A DNA stretch of 64,000 nt from Pocillopora damicornis. Taxonomy: Eukaryota. The stretch spans positions 124,001 to 188,000 of the forward strand of contig NW_020844647.1 of NCBI RefSeq assembly GCF_003704095.1, read 5' to 3'. Each line of letters opens with the position of its first letter. Position 1 is the stretch's first letter. Made by a program: the position numbers and the translations under genes. The notes beneath the pieces were generated by a model that ran no database searches, was not told the origin of the DNA, and worked only from the letters and a program-made list of their open reading frames with translations. This document shows, in pieces, positions 45,837 to 59,763 of this stretch.

Positions 45837-48800
45837 TTATCGTTTATATCCTAGTCCCGGTCGAAACCCTTTTGAGAGGATGTTTCCCTCTGATTTGGAT
45901 CTTTTAGTGAACAGCTTCAGGTCTTGCGCGTGGTTCTCATCTAACATTGGCAGGTAGAACTGAGGTTCACAATATTCCTGGAAAAGAAAGAGCAACAACG
46001 CCTTGAGATATACGACTTTCCTTTAGTGAAACGGTGTGGGAGAGACGCAAGGCTGACGACAAAAATTCAAGCCACACCTCACTTAACAGTCAGTTTTGCT
46101 GCGTCGGTATTCTCGTATTCTCGATAAGAGTCCTCGCAAGTAAAACTAACCACAACACGTTACTCCTATTCTATAGCATTCTTACTGACAATGTCGACAC
46201 TTGATTGCAAATGATTTCATAACGAATCATACACGATGAATTCTACCGAGCCGTAAACACAGACCTCAATCCGCACCATTTTAACGCGTTAGCAATCAAA
46301 CCAATCCAACGAGACATCAACAAAATGTCGCTAACCTTGCATTTCGCGAAGAATGCTTTGTAGCCGCCTTCTAAGAGGTACAACTCAGGGTAAAACAACT
46401 TTGGATATACATGGTAATGAAGATCACGGTCCCTATTCCGCAAGTAACGAGACCTGGAAAAGAAAAACGGTACACGTTTTGTTAAGTTAAAAATAGTGAG
46501 TTTCCAAAGGAGTATGGAAAATGATCAACTTAACCAATCGCGACTTGGTCACTTTCCCGCGCTTTTGAAAGCGCGGGAAGACGACACAGACGGTTCATTA
46601 TCAAGATCACCATATGATTGAACCTTCAACAGCAGCGTTCTTTTGACGCAGACGAGCTCACGCTTCTGTTCTAGTATTTAAATCACTGAAGTAAAGATTG
46701 CCACTTAAAAAAAAAACGCACTGAAACAGTACTCACATGTCTGGTCCTCTCTTGGACGAGAATTCACAGTGAAATATCAAAACTGTTTTCTTTCCCGTTA
46801 AACTTCTCTTCGGCTTTTCAATGAATTCGCTGTAAATATCCTCCTTACTGTAAATATTTTTCGCACCCTATGAAAAAAAAAAGTGAAATATGTTTACGCT
46901 CTTGTCAACTCGCGTGTTGACGAGAAGTGTTTCGTGACATGCGCTCTGTACGAAATAGAATTACGAGTATGCTGAGAGAAGTGGAATCTGGGAGCGACAC
47001 GATCTTACAGAGCCTTAGAAATTACCTTAAGGACGCAAAACCAAGGCACTATACAGAGGACGAAAATTTCGTAGTGCGCCTAAGGGTTCCTACTCGATTT
47101 TTTGTATATAAAATTGAAGACTTTTTCCTAACGTATTTCCCTATGTATTCAACTTTTCAGACTAGAGAATGTGTCTAACATTACAGGGCGTGAATAAAGT
47201 AGCAGTTGTCGAGGAGACAGCTTCCAAGGTAAGAATTCTTCGACTGCACCATCAATGTATTGACTAAGGTGAATTACGAAAAATTTAGCGACAAAAAAGT
47301 ATATCTTACGAGTACTGAATAGTACTTCTTGCCGCATTTTCTTAAGAATTTCACTTCAATTGCAACTGATTTCCTTAATTGTATCAAGAACAGTTAAAAA
47401 CTCCATACAAATGCCGTATTTTGTGCCTTTCCTTATGTGGTACTTACCTTAATGTGACCTCCATTGTACTCGTAAGGGTAGCGACAGTCAATGATGTGAG
47501 CCTCCACTTCAGGAAATTCATTATCTAAGACACGTGCAACCTGAACGAAAGGCACGGATGGTGTTAAAACGAATTCCATTTGAGTGTTGTGAAACCAACA
47601 CCAAGCTACCACAACAGCCATTAGGAAAAGGTGAATTCACAGGTAGCCAATGAGAATTCAAAGTTAAAACAGGTAATCTGTCTAAAGCGCGGGAAAACCA
47701 CGCTTGTAACCAACGCTTGGTCGAGAGTGTTGCCTTTTGACAACTATGTTATCTGAGAAAAATCTCCGGGGAGATAGCGTGCTTTCGGAATATCAGAAAA
47801 ATATCGCGTTACAAGAGTTTTATAACACACACAAGACAGCAAGTGACAGTGTTTAAAACTTTTTTCGATTAATTTCAAAACAAAGTGATAAATCAAAAGA
47901 ATACCTGTAATTAATTATACTTTGTTTTCAATAAGTCTTGAGTTTTCTCTTCCCCGTTTTTGCTTCCTTTCACCGATTTTTCATGAATGTTTCAATTTTT
48001 AATTTTTAGTATATTTTGCGCGACGGTGATTGTTTCTTATTTTCTCCCTGTAATTTTGAGCGAGAAATTGGCACACGGCAGGCCAGAATTGATCTACTTC
48101 TCAGAAACGCAGCCTGACACGCTGTGTTTCTGAGAGAGAAAGCTTACACGTCTGCCTGGTGTATAGCAGAAATTCAAATTACCGTTTCTGGAGACAAACA
48201 TTTCAAGTCTTCATGTTGTCCTGGTATCAACGGTAAAGTGTATGGCTGTAATAAAAACAAAAATAGAAAACAAAACAAGCTTATTGAGGAATCACAATAG
48301 AAAAAATACAAAGGTTTCACAAATAAATTATCTTAGCAGATCAGTGCTATAAATTTCGGACTAAAAAAATAAAGAATGAAAATCTCTATACTTACCCCAC
48401 TAAAATCTGCAACTAAGTCTTTGTTAGCTGCAGGAAGGCAAAGAACAAACAGATAAACTCGTTAGCTTAAAATAATCTTGCTCGTATTATAGGAAGAAGA
48501 TCAAAAGTATTTTCAAACGTTACAGAGCAGCCTTGATAATGACGATTGTACAGCTGTTTAAGTTCATGTGTGCTTGCCTACACGGAAGCAAGATGCGATG
48601 TGGGAGATTTTCAGACAAAAGTGAAATCTTTGCGACATGAAGCCTCTTGTTATATGTTGAAATACTTCACAGACTGACGAAACTTAAAGAAAAAAGTGAG
48701 ATGAATGCTGTACACGAGACAAAGGAAAAAACTGAGTCTCCTGTGAAGACGTGCGCCCAAACCTGTTGCAATTTTGCAATCAGTCTCAAGCCAGGGTTCA

Positions 48801-51800
48801 GCAAGATACATGACTTTTTTTTTGGTTTATTCAATGGGTTTTCCACAATGACAACCCATAATGACATTAGAACTTACTTGATGCATCCAGCATGTTTCCC
48901 AGGTCATGCTCAAATGTTGCAGACTGCGAGCGCCGCATTTGGCAGGTTTGACCTTCACTTGGTGTGATCTGAATTGATGTTAGTTATAAAAATACATTGA
49001 AAATGGTCATTAGACATAAATCTAAGAACTTACAAAAAAATACTTGGAATGCATACTTGTCGCACACTGCAGGACAAAGATTTGTAAACATTTGCTGTTG
49101 TTTAAAGGCTGTTACAGGGCGTGAAATTAATCTTTTTTTTCCTGATAGCCGCTTGGCTCCTAAATTTTTTAGAGTGGTAGCCAATTCAAAAAACGTTCGT
49201 CGCCATTTTTAAAGACAAACAAAACCTTTTTTTACGCTGTCAGCGATCTCGATAAACCCTCCAAAATTAAGTTTGGAAAAAGATCTTTGACTTCTACAGA
49301 GTGGACACTAGGATGGATGATATACAAAGTTCAAGCTCACCTAAACCCAAGATGGCGTCTAGTTATCGATCGAGATGCGCTACGTTTTGGACATAAACTT
49401 AACGAAGAAGTTTGCCGCGGATTTATCTTTGCAAACCTTTTTAATTCATTATGTCTCTAGGTAAGGTTATGATGAAGCGTTCTAGTCGTCAATTTGGCGA
49501 CTGATTTTCAGGATTTGGTCGCCAAAGTGAAAAATTTAGTCGCATTAGCGCCTGTACTAGGCGCAATTTCACGCCCTGTGTTATTGTGTTTTGAAATTTG
49601 GTCACATGAAAGGCACATCGGACATATTTGAAATCAGTTAATATCGTAGGAAAATCACTGACATAAAGGCATAGCAGAGTAGTCAACAGTATTTTAAAAA
49701 CTAAGTAAGGTAAATAACTGTTTGGAATAATGGTTACAGAGGGAGATATTAAAGTGAGAGCATCTTAATTTACCTAATTCATTTATTCTTCAAAAACATC
49801 ACACCATTGTGAAGCAATAAAAAAGAAACTTTTTTGCCCCATCAAAGCTTTCAAATAACGTTACAAGCAAGTCATGTGGGCAGACATCACACCTTAAGTA
49901 TCTTTGACCAATCAAAACGTACATTGAGCACCACAGCCCAGATCTTCAACGATAAAAATTGCTATCTATTGGACAAATTACTCCGTTACAAACTGTATGT
50001 CATACATGTAGTATGTTCTGTTTACACTTAACCACTCAGTAAAAATATATTCAGGTGAATACCATTATCCAGCCTTTGAACAAAGGAAAAAAAAAAGTAA
50101 AGCCTTTATACAGGCCCAGTTGGCCCATGGGGCCAGTACTTGACTCCCATTTCATTAGCATGAAGTGGCTAGGAGTATTGCTACTCCCCTCTGGATGGGA
50201 TGCTAGTCCATCACAAGCCACTGGGCTTGAACCTGAACCACTCGATCCGGAGTTGAGTGCACTAACCATGAGACCACCGCGCCTCCACACATGAACAAAG
50301 AAAGCCTTACTTATAAACATCAATACATATACCAGTTCACTCACCATATCAAGTCGCGATGGATGGACACCCCCTTCAATGACAGACATACACCTTTGCC
50401 TTATGAACAGAAACAAAGCAAGAATAAGTACATAATTGAGTGTGCAGAGCTGTCAAAAAAAAGCAGGTAGCAAGCCAAAAATGACAGCTAGTCTGCTATC
50501 TTTAACACAGGACGAAATTGCAAGAATCCGTAAACGGAAACGTGGCAGAAACATGTTAATCCGTTCCGGAAACACGACGGATAACCTGTGTTTCCGTTAC
50601 CGGTTTCGTGACGTTTTCTCGCGTTTCCGTTGCTGTTTATACAACGGAACCGGACCACTTTTACGTAAACATAACGGAAACATGGAGTTGCATGTTTCCG
50701 CCACGTTTCCGTTTACGGATTCTTGCAATTTCGTCCTGTGTAATCCCCTGCTTTCACTTCACTTTACTTTACCATAGCTACTGATGAAAAATCATACAAT
50801 TATTTTAAATACCATAAAAAAAAATTGCACAGCAGTCATTTTCCAATTTTGGGTGGAATCTACTTATAACATGTTTAGATGACCTTGTGTGAATGAATTT
50901 TTCATTCAGAATTTTCTCAAAGGTTCATGCAACCTTCATCAAATGCCTGGGAAATTTTAAGCAAATACTTCCTAGCCTTGTGTAATCTGGCTGGAAAAAT
51001 GCAAATAAACCCAATTGCCCACTTTTTCCTCTTTGCCTTCTACTTTGATATCAATGAAACTTATTGACAGCCCTAAGTACATGTAAATTTTATACAGAGG
51101 AGTACAATGCATGAAGGAGTAAAATTTACTTAAGTAAGAATAACAGATCCAATCATCAAAAGTTAATCATACACACCTTAGCCTTTTCTTGAGATTAGGA
51201 CTTGGGTCTCTTGGATGGTTTGGTCTCTGATAGATAATTAGGGAAAAAAGGTAAAACATATGAATTTATGAGCAAATCATTTGTTTCATGAATGTTTCAA
51301 TCATTAATCTCACCATAAACCATACAATTAAAGTCACTTTCAATATTTATTACAGATTAAAACATTTCGACTGCTAAACTGCCATTCTTCATCATGCCCA
51401 AAAAATCCCCTTTCTTTCAATCTTTACTGTATCTCCCTGTACTATTTTGCCCTTTTTCCCTCTGTTTACACAACACTAAATGAGGAAAAGGGAGTATTCT
51501 GACAGCCATGCCCTCCACTCCTTGAAAGTGGTTACACAAACATAATGTGTACAATAATTCTGTCATGGATTGTAGGCCATGAAACTAAGTTGTCACAGAT
51601 AACACAGTACCTTGAGAGCTAAAGATTTTGACTTCTGTCTCATTGTGCATCGTTCTTTTGTTGGGCTCTCTGATGCGACAGAGTGAGCCCTGTCTCTTCC
51701 AGCATTAAATAAGTCTCTAGGTTTATAACCAGATTCTGAAGCCTGTCACAGAGAACAAAATAACGTTATTGTCTGGACACAGGTAATCAAAGGTATTTTA

Positions 51801-54800
51801 AGATTTAGTCTTTAAATCAAGACTGACTTTCATAGCTGTTGGATCGGATTCTCTTACTTAAAGTGACCAGGAGGAATTAGGAAGGCCTCCCTGAGGTGCT
51901 TGTTCATCCCAACCTTCTTTCCCCCCCTGGACCTTCCTTAAAAGTAACCACATTTCTGATAATTTATGGTAGGTATGTCATGTCTGTAATTGAGTGAAGT
52001 GGCCTACCCAGCCACAGCTTATCCCAGTTTCTGCTACATGAAGCAATTGGGAGTATCACTCCTACCCCCAAGTGTTTTGTTTAAGAAAACAACACAGTGA
52101 CCCGGCCAGGTCTGGAACTTAGACCTCTCAGCCCTGAGTTCAGTGCACATACTGGGCCACTACATCTCTTGATTTATGACCACCCATAAAATGTTTCCTT
52201 TTTTGGGAGGGAGAGGCACTGTGAGAGGAAAGTGACCTGCCTGAGAACACAACACAATGACAAGGACAGGTTTCAAACATGGATTATAAAATCAAGAAAA
52301 CACTCAGATATTACCACAACACCATTACATTTTTCCACGGAAGGACAAGAAGGAAAATAGATTTGTAATATTTTTTGTAACATCATCATAAGCTGAATTT
52401 CAAAACTTTGAAGAGAAAAGAGAAAACAAAATAGGACAAAGACTGGTAACTAGGAAGAGATTGTGGAGGGAGCTTGGACTGGAAACAACTCCTGTCAATG
52501 AAGTTCTTAACACTACACACAAAACACAATAAAAAATAGTATTTCATACCTTTGGTGTATCATTGGTGGACTTCCTTGAATCATCAGCCTCCTGTCATGA
52601 TAATATGAGCATTGTACAGTGTATTAAATGCTTACTAAGTAACTTTTAATTAGTTAGTAAGAGACATGCAATCAATTTGCCTCTTTTTGCCATGCAATAT
52701 ACCAATAATAATCTGAGCCTGTGGCAAGGGTCTTTAAATTATTGTGTTTTAAAACCACAAATTTTTAAGCAGTACAAGCTATAAAAAAGTGTCAGTCCTA
52801 ACATAAAGATTGAAATGTCTTTGACAATGGCCACAAAATTTTTTTTCAGCCAAATAACATTACTGACAGATGTAATTCTATTATATTCTGCTGGCTAGTG
52901 ATACATGTTACAGTAAGAAAAACCTTCTTCTGGTTAAATCGTACATGTTACAAAAAGAAAAAAGAAAAAAAAGAAAAAGAACAGACCCACAAACTTTCAC
53001 ATAACAAACCTCATCTTTAGTCACCAGTGGCCCACTAACAAGTTCTGTAATTCCAGATGGAACCTCTAAGCTATTTTCCTGTGAACAAGATAAAAATAGA
53101 TAGGACTGTTTTGAATTTGTTAATATATGCTAATGTATCTGGCCCTGGTTGTTCAAAGGTGGATAACACTATTCACTGGATAAATTGCTATCCAGTGGAT
53201 AGTGCATTACATTTTGTTCACAGTTATCCACTGGATAGTGATCTATTCATTGGATAACATCATCCATCCTTTGAACAACTGGGCCCTGGACCATAGTAAA
53301 CCACAAATCAAGCAAGGTTGAAACCATTATTATTAGAAATTATCAAGGCCTCTCGTGATAAGAGTGCTTGCCTCCCACGGCTGTGGCCTGGGTTAGATTG
53401 CAGGACCTGGCATCTTGTTGTTGGTTCTTGTCCTGGCTCCGAGGGTTTTTCTCCACATCCTCTGATTTTCTTCCCTCGGCAAAAACTAACATTCCAAATT
53501 CCAATTTGATGCAGTGGACAGGAAGAGCCACCATGTGGAAAATCCACTGCTAAATTTATTATCATCATTATTATGTACCTCTTTAGACTGTTCCTGGACA
53601 AAGTCATCAATAAATCCATCATCATCACCATCTAATTTGAAATCAAAGTCTCCTTCACTATCTTGACCATCACACTCAGATGGAGAAGGTGGGATATGCA
53701 ATTCCTGTGACTGCACCTAAGAGCAAAATATCAGATAAAAACACATTTGACACAAGTTACTAACAAGCATATGAACAGCAATGAAGCTGAAGTTTTCCAG
53801 ATGGGTAGGAGGCAAAATTTGTTCAGTTAAATGAATTTAGCAGATGATCAAGTCTGTATGAAGTTTGCTAAAAAGTCTAAAATTTCAGCCGAAATAGCAA
53901 GGCTGAAATTTTAGACTTCAAACCCAGTCTCCATTTAAGTAACTGATATGCACAATCTCCACTTAATTATAATAAACAGGAGAAACCAGAAAAAGACTTA
54001 CATTTGCATTCTGATCAAGCATTAGAAATTCAATTTTTTAAGTGAATATGTTCCGGCGTACAAAAATACAACTAGTTCCACTTTTCATTTAATTTTGAAA
54101 GCTTATTAGAAGAGGTGCTTAGAATATAAAACTCTAGATGACCTTGGATGCAACACCTTCTCCCCCTGTTCTAGATGAAAATACAAGACAAATTGGGAGG
54201 AGAATCTAAAACTTTAAAAAAAGTCAATTAGGTCTTTTTTAAAGCACACCTTCAATGTTTCCTTTACTTCTAAATCAATGAGACTAGAATCAGTCACACA
54301 GTTTGTTGAAAATCCAAATTATAATACACAAAAAAAAGAAATCCCTTTCCAATTAAACATGATACAAATGGGAATGATGGAATGCAAGTGTAAATGTTTC
54401 AGGACACACTAAAAGGAGGCAATGTTCTGTTGTTCTTAAACCGGGTAGTTAAATTAAGTAAAAGGTTAACATAGTTTAACAAGTTGTCTCCACCAAAAAT
54501 AAGACAAAATGTAAAGATTTTACCCTAGGTGATGGTTCAGAAAGAGATCTTCCAGGTAAATTATTAGCTGATAATTTCCTTCCACCAACTGGACCCTTTG
54601 GTCGGGCAAACTTGAAGTCTCTGTTTTCCAGGGTGAAAACACTTCCTGCAGACTTTTTATCAGCATCTTGGACTGCATTAAAGTTTAATTCGATGTTCTC
54701 TTTGTTTTCAGCATAAGGATCCTCTTCGGTTTTGACCTAATTGGCAGAAGGTGAATTATTTAAAGTACCACATAGAAATCAGCAGTAAATAAGAAGGAAG

Positions 54801-57472
54801 TCTTGGCTAAAAAAGAAATGATTACAAAGTGGACCACAATCATTGGCAAGATGTGTTTTTGCTCAGTACAATATTTGAATCCTTTTAGCACTTGAGCATC
54901 TGTTTGTTACTGACATTTAGCTATTGAAATTTACTTACTGGCAATGAGTTCCACCTCTTGAATGAAGGTCTTCTGTAGAAACAATGGAAACATTTTTCAA
55001 CAAAAATTCACAGCTTCAGTGGGTTTCTTTGAAATCTTACATAGTGTTCTTTTCCAGAGAAGCTTCCCTAATCTAAGGGAAAAACTTGCTGGTAGGGAGA
55101 ATGACTATTTGCCCTTCAGTCAACTGAAATATTCGTCTCACTCTACATGTGAGATCAGAAAGTACACTCTCTAAATTCAAGAAGATACTTAAACTTTATT
55201 ATTTTTTTTTTTAATGTAGTATAGCTTAGAAATGTAACTCAACATAGCTAGCACAGGACATTTTCCATAATTTTTGTACTGTAATTTGTATTGTGGAATT
55301 GTTTGTTTATTTTATAATGATATATAGACATGTTTACATTGTTTATACAGGTTCCCAATTAAACCAACTTCAAGCTATTTTTGCTCGCATGCCATTGGTT
55401 TAAGTGAATCACATGACCAAATATACCCTAGCTAAAACTGGGGAATATCCAGGGATATACCCAAGTGATATTCCTCAATTTTCAAACCTTACCACCTGCA
55501 TGATAAGTCTTACATTAAAGTATAATTCAAGACAAGGGAGAATTTTGTAGTTGTTATAGAAGAGGGGACATATTTTTTTGTTCATTCAAAAATTAGTACC
55601 AAAAGACTCAGAAAAGTAAAATCCCACCCAGCCAATGGTAAGCTGTTTGTAAACATTTTTCTTCCTGCATGTTGCAAAATGTGCTAAGGATAGTAAACAC
55701 AGCAGTCTACATTTGGTGCAGAACTATGCTCATAAATAATTATCCTTGGACATTAACAGTTCTTCATATCTCATGGTTTTCCTCGAGCTTTGCTCTCAGA
55801 AAAAACTGTTCTAAGCAAGTTTTCAAGCCAAATGGAGACTATTGTTTATTTAGTTGAATGCCCTAAAACTGATATGAAGTAACTTGCAAGCTATTCGACA
55901 TTTTGCATAAAAGGCAGAGCCAAGAAATTTTAGATTTCAAAGTGAAAATACAGCTGACGAAAAAAGGAACAGACACACACATGTATCAAATTTGAATTTC
56001 CCTCCCTCTGTCCTTGGACTTGACCACAAAATATGCCCTTGGTGTAACCACAGATTGATCGTAGCCCAAATGTATTCAGCTTTTTTTAATTTACCAAATT
56101 TCCCTAACAATAACAGTACACGTGTGCCGACGGAACAGCTGCGTCGAAATTCATGACTTTAAATGATCTGACATTACAGAATGAAGGAAACACGTGCAAC
56201 CCACATTAAGGCTTAAAACTTAGTCTACAAGACGGATTCTAAAGGTTCCTTCAACAAAACCAGGTGTTTCCAACAAGATTCGAAAGGAAATCTTGCAAAT
56301 TGTCCACTGGGCTTTAGATAAAAACAAAACAAACATCACACCTTTGCTTTTTCTTTTCGGCGTTTGCCCTTGGAATAGAAAGCAAAAGATAAGTATCAAA
56401 CTGTAAACCTATCAAAAATTTCCGAAGGCGAGGAGGAACATAGATATGAAAAGCGAACGTGCTAAATCACACGAAAGCCGATGAAGCACTTTGCGAGACT
56501 TCAAAGACGGAAGAAATAAAAGGCACTTGAGTTTTTACTGGTCAAAATCAACGAGTAAAGTCTGCAGTGCAAAGTAAATGCACATCACGTTTTAGGTTAA
56601 CAGGTTTTGAAGATGTCAGAAATATCAAAACCTCAAACCTAAAAAATACCATCAAACACCACTGTTATAGTTGCTTTGCAAAATTGTATTTGACTTATTA
56701 AAGTTTTGATTCAATTCTACAGGAATCAATCGATAAGTTCCCGCATTCTTTTCTCTTCTGTAAAACTCCTTCATCGTCTTTATCTTTCAGACGTTAGTCC
56801 ATGTTTAAGCGATGGAACCAATAATATGAAAAGGTTAATTACATTTCCACAGGAAGCTTTGTTCACAAGCTTAGTTGTTGCATGAACTGATTCAAAAATT
56901 ACACCAAAAATTATGCTTACTTTAGCATTTCCGTCGAAGGTGAGTCACATAAAAATCCTAGCGGAGAATCGGGACAGTAACCTAAAGGAAAGAGTACAGT
57001 GATGACTGCCATGATGATTCTTAATTTTGCAAGTAATCAGAATGTATAAGCTTTATTGTTTAGCAAAATTCTTTCTAGTACCTGACTCGTTGGAAACTGT
57101 CGAAAGCGACCTCTGAAAACCCGTGGTTGGCGTCGAAGGATCATTTAAGGACAAAGAAAGCTTTCTTTTGGGAGTCCTTCCTAAGCTGCAGAAAAACAGG
57201 GAAATAACTTTGATCGTTAAATCATGAAATACAACATGTTATATCAAATCACGGCCGTTCGAAATGCACGTCCAGTGCCGCTATGAAATTTACACGAAAG
57301 CTTGCATCGCGCTCAAATATTCACAGAAACTATGGGTCTACCTGTTCTCAAAATTCAATGTTAACTCTGCTACTGGAGAAAGTACAGCATTAGGAGCTAC
57401 ATCCAGTGAGTTTTTTCTTCGTGGGATTTCTAATTCGAGGTAGCTTCCAGCTCTTGGTTTCATCCCGGCCAT
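45837..57472 (-). CDS. CDC25: M-phase inducer phosphatase CDC25 (multi-exon; small exons between about 55.0 and 56.9 kb unresolved)
   Basis: Catalytic exons encode DLVADFS (about 48396-48427), GQHEDLKCLSPET, IIDCRYPYEYNGGHIK (47540-47448), IFHCEFSSKRGP (about 46867-46738), YPELYLLEGGYKAFF and CEPQFYLPM (45977-45837). N-terminal exons encode LSPVAELT, ESGYCPDSP, KRWNSLP, ENKEN and DDDGFID. Confidence 0.95.
50090..50290 (-). mobile_element. tRNA-derived SINE, internally deleted copy
   Basis: Minus strand ggaggcgcggTGGTCTCATGG...GGTTCAAGCCC (A/B-box-like) followed by a non-tRNA body. Related pieces at about 780-950, 51990-52270 and 63270-63480. Confidence 0.65.
50506..50740. mobile_element. Young MITE with near-perfect TIRs of about 50 bp and TAA target duplication, in a CDC25 intron
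   Basis: taa|cacaggacgaaattgcaagaatccgtaaacggaaacgtggc ... gccacgtttccgtttacggattcttgcaatttcgtcctgtg|taa. Confidence 0.85.
53139..53290. mobile_element. About 150-bp MITE with internal tatcc/ggata repeats
   Basis: ggccctggttgttcaaagg ... cctttgaacaactggggcc. Confidence 0.7.
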
Positions 57473-57665
57473 ATTGGAAATTGACGATGGCGTCCTGTAG
57501 TCGTACCTGGAGTGCACAAAACGGAACTTTTCGAGGGAGAAAACAGCCACGTGCGGCTGTTTAAGTGTCCAGAAAGAGGATAAAAGATAAATGGTGATTC
57601 TAAACTACTGATACATTGGGTTGGCGAGAAAGTAAAGAAGACGGTGAAGTTTAGAGGTACGACTT

Positions 57666-57800
57666 TTCAAACTTTCCCCCGCATTGCATGGTGAAAACAT
57701 TATGCTGCTTGTCAACCAATCAGATTGCAGGAATTTGCGTCTTTTTGTGGTTTCCTGGGAATCTCATTTTCGTTTTCCCGCTCCGTTACACTTCCGGTGA
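57666..57800 (-). promoter_or_regulatory. CDC25 core promoter with CDE/CHR-like element, CCAAT box, E2F-like and ETS-like sites
   Basis: Minus strand GCGGGGGAAAG-TTTGAA (57682-57666); CCAAT 57716-57720; TTTCCCGC 57774-57781; ACTTCCGG near 57790. About 200-320 bp upstream of the ATG. Confidence 0.6.
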
Positions 57801-59017
57801 GCCTCGAGTTGGAACACTCGAAAAACGAGCGTGAAACGGAAATTATAGATACAAATTCTGATGCGTTTATACGATCAGGAGCCGTTTCTTTCGTTTCCTA
57901 AGGAAATTTTTGAGTTTTCCATGCCTAACGAAAAGAAAAAATAACAACAATAACGATAATACCATAGACCAGTTCATAAATGATCAATATTTCTAATTAC
58001 GTCAAACAACTCTTTGCGGTTTTTCAGTGCCTCATAATTGAAAACGATTGGATCGTCACGAGACAAGAAAATGAAGACCGCGAGATTTGAACTGAATTGC
58101 TTAAGATTGATTCGAATTTGTCATCATTTCAGGCTCATGATTTGGTCATGATCAACACGTGCACGGCTTCCAGGGGAGGGAACAATTTTACAAAACGGAA
58201 ACAGTTTTCGTGAATTTTGAAATTTCTACTTGAGTTAATGAAACGAAATTAGGGTCTCTCAAACAATAAAACATGGAAACCGTTATATCCCGATGCCTGT
58301 GGTTAAATGGCTCGCTATGCCCTCTGCAACGCTTCAAACTGCATTTCAAACGTAACTTTCTCTTCAAAGACAGGGGTATTAGTGCAGTTGAACCTCGTTT
58401 AACTCGAACTTCCAAGCGAGACAAAAAATGGTTCGGGTCAGCGAGGATTCGAGTGAGGTGATAGTATTAAAATAAATGAAAAATGTTTCAAGGGGAAAAT
58501 GATCTTGTTTGAGAGTTTACGAGTTCGAGGTTAGATGACCATTTGGAGGTTTTATATGACGTACGACGCTAAAGCTGCTGATATACCGACGGCGCATCCC
58601 AACGCTGAGTTTTTGTTGCCTTGCTTACAAGTTTGAAGTGCTCCAAAGGCGGGATTTTAGAATGGAAGGTTAGATTTATTCTACTTTCGTTTATTGTTTG
58701 CTTAAAAGAAAGGAAAAAGAAAACAGTACTTCAATTTTTTTTTCGAAAATTTAGAGCTGAGTACGTTAGTTCTTTGTATTTTGTTAAAGCTAATTGTCTT
58801 TGTTTTCGAAGAACTTTTGATTTTGACCACGTGCTGTTCGTACGAGCTCGCAAATATCTGGAAGAAAGACGTAAATTTGTTCTTGCTTACTATAAACCTA
58901 TAATTATATAATTCTGAAGCATTCTCTCCTTTAAAGCAGCATTAAAGGAAACTAAGGTACTCTCTTACTCAATCATAATTGCTTGTTTTCGATTGTCTTT
59001 TGTTGTTCATTGTGTAG

Positions 59018-59763
59018 GTGACACTGTCTACCGACCCACTCAGAGTTCTGAAACCTATTCGGCTACTTATTGGTACGCAATGACGCAAAACTTGGTGAAG
59101 TCCTCAGAAGACTTCACTATACACTCCATACATGAAGATGAAGTCCGTCACAACTGTTCTATATGCAAAAAATCGTTCAAATGCAAATCTGAACTGATGC
59201 GGCATCATCGTGCCCACACGGGCATTCGACCGTTTATGTGTAATCTATGCTATAAAAGCTTTAACTACAATAGTGCACTCCTGGAACATTTGCGTGTGCA
59301 TTCTGGAGAAAAACCATACCAATGCAGTGAGTGCAAAAAGTGTTTTAGACAAGGGTCAACTCTCAACAGACACAAAAGGATACATACAGGAGAAAAACCA
59401 CATCAATGTGAAGTCTGTGGCAAGTGTTTTTCTGAGAAGAAAGGCCGCGATGTTCACAAAAGGACCCACACCTGTAAACAACCATTTTATTGTTCCAAAT
59501 GCCATCAGTATTTTATGCGCAGGGCATCTCTGCTCAGACATATTAAGAAAAATCATCTTATTATGGAGTCCAACCCAGGCTGTTTAGATGATGAGGCCAA
59601 AAAAATTCAGAGACATGAAAGCACAGCACCACAAGCTGGATCTACAGAGGTAGTAGTTAAAGTGGAGAGACCAGATATTGAGGAAACGAGTCTTGAGATG
59701 CTGATAAAGGATAGTGACCTTTTGAATGATTTGAATTACCTCAAGGAGGAGGTTGTAAACTGA
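59018..59763 (+). CDS. C2H2 zinc-finger protein with 5 tandem fingers
   Basis: Five CxxC-x12-HxxxH units with linkers TGIRPF, SGEKPY, TGEKPH and TCKQPF. Acceptor AG at 59016-59017; first ATG at 59080; AATAAA at 60019. Confidence 0.92.

Noticed and set aside
50215-50290. tRNA gene
   Set aside because: A/B-box-like head is fused to a repeat body seen several times in the window and no complete cloverleaf is evident; it is a SINE head.
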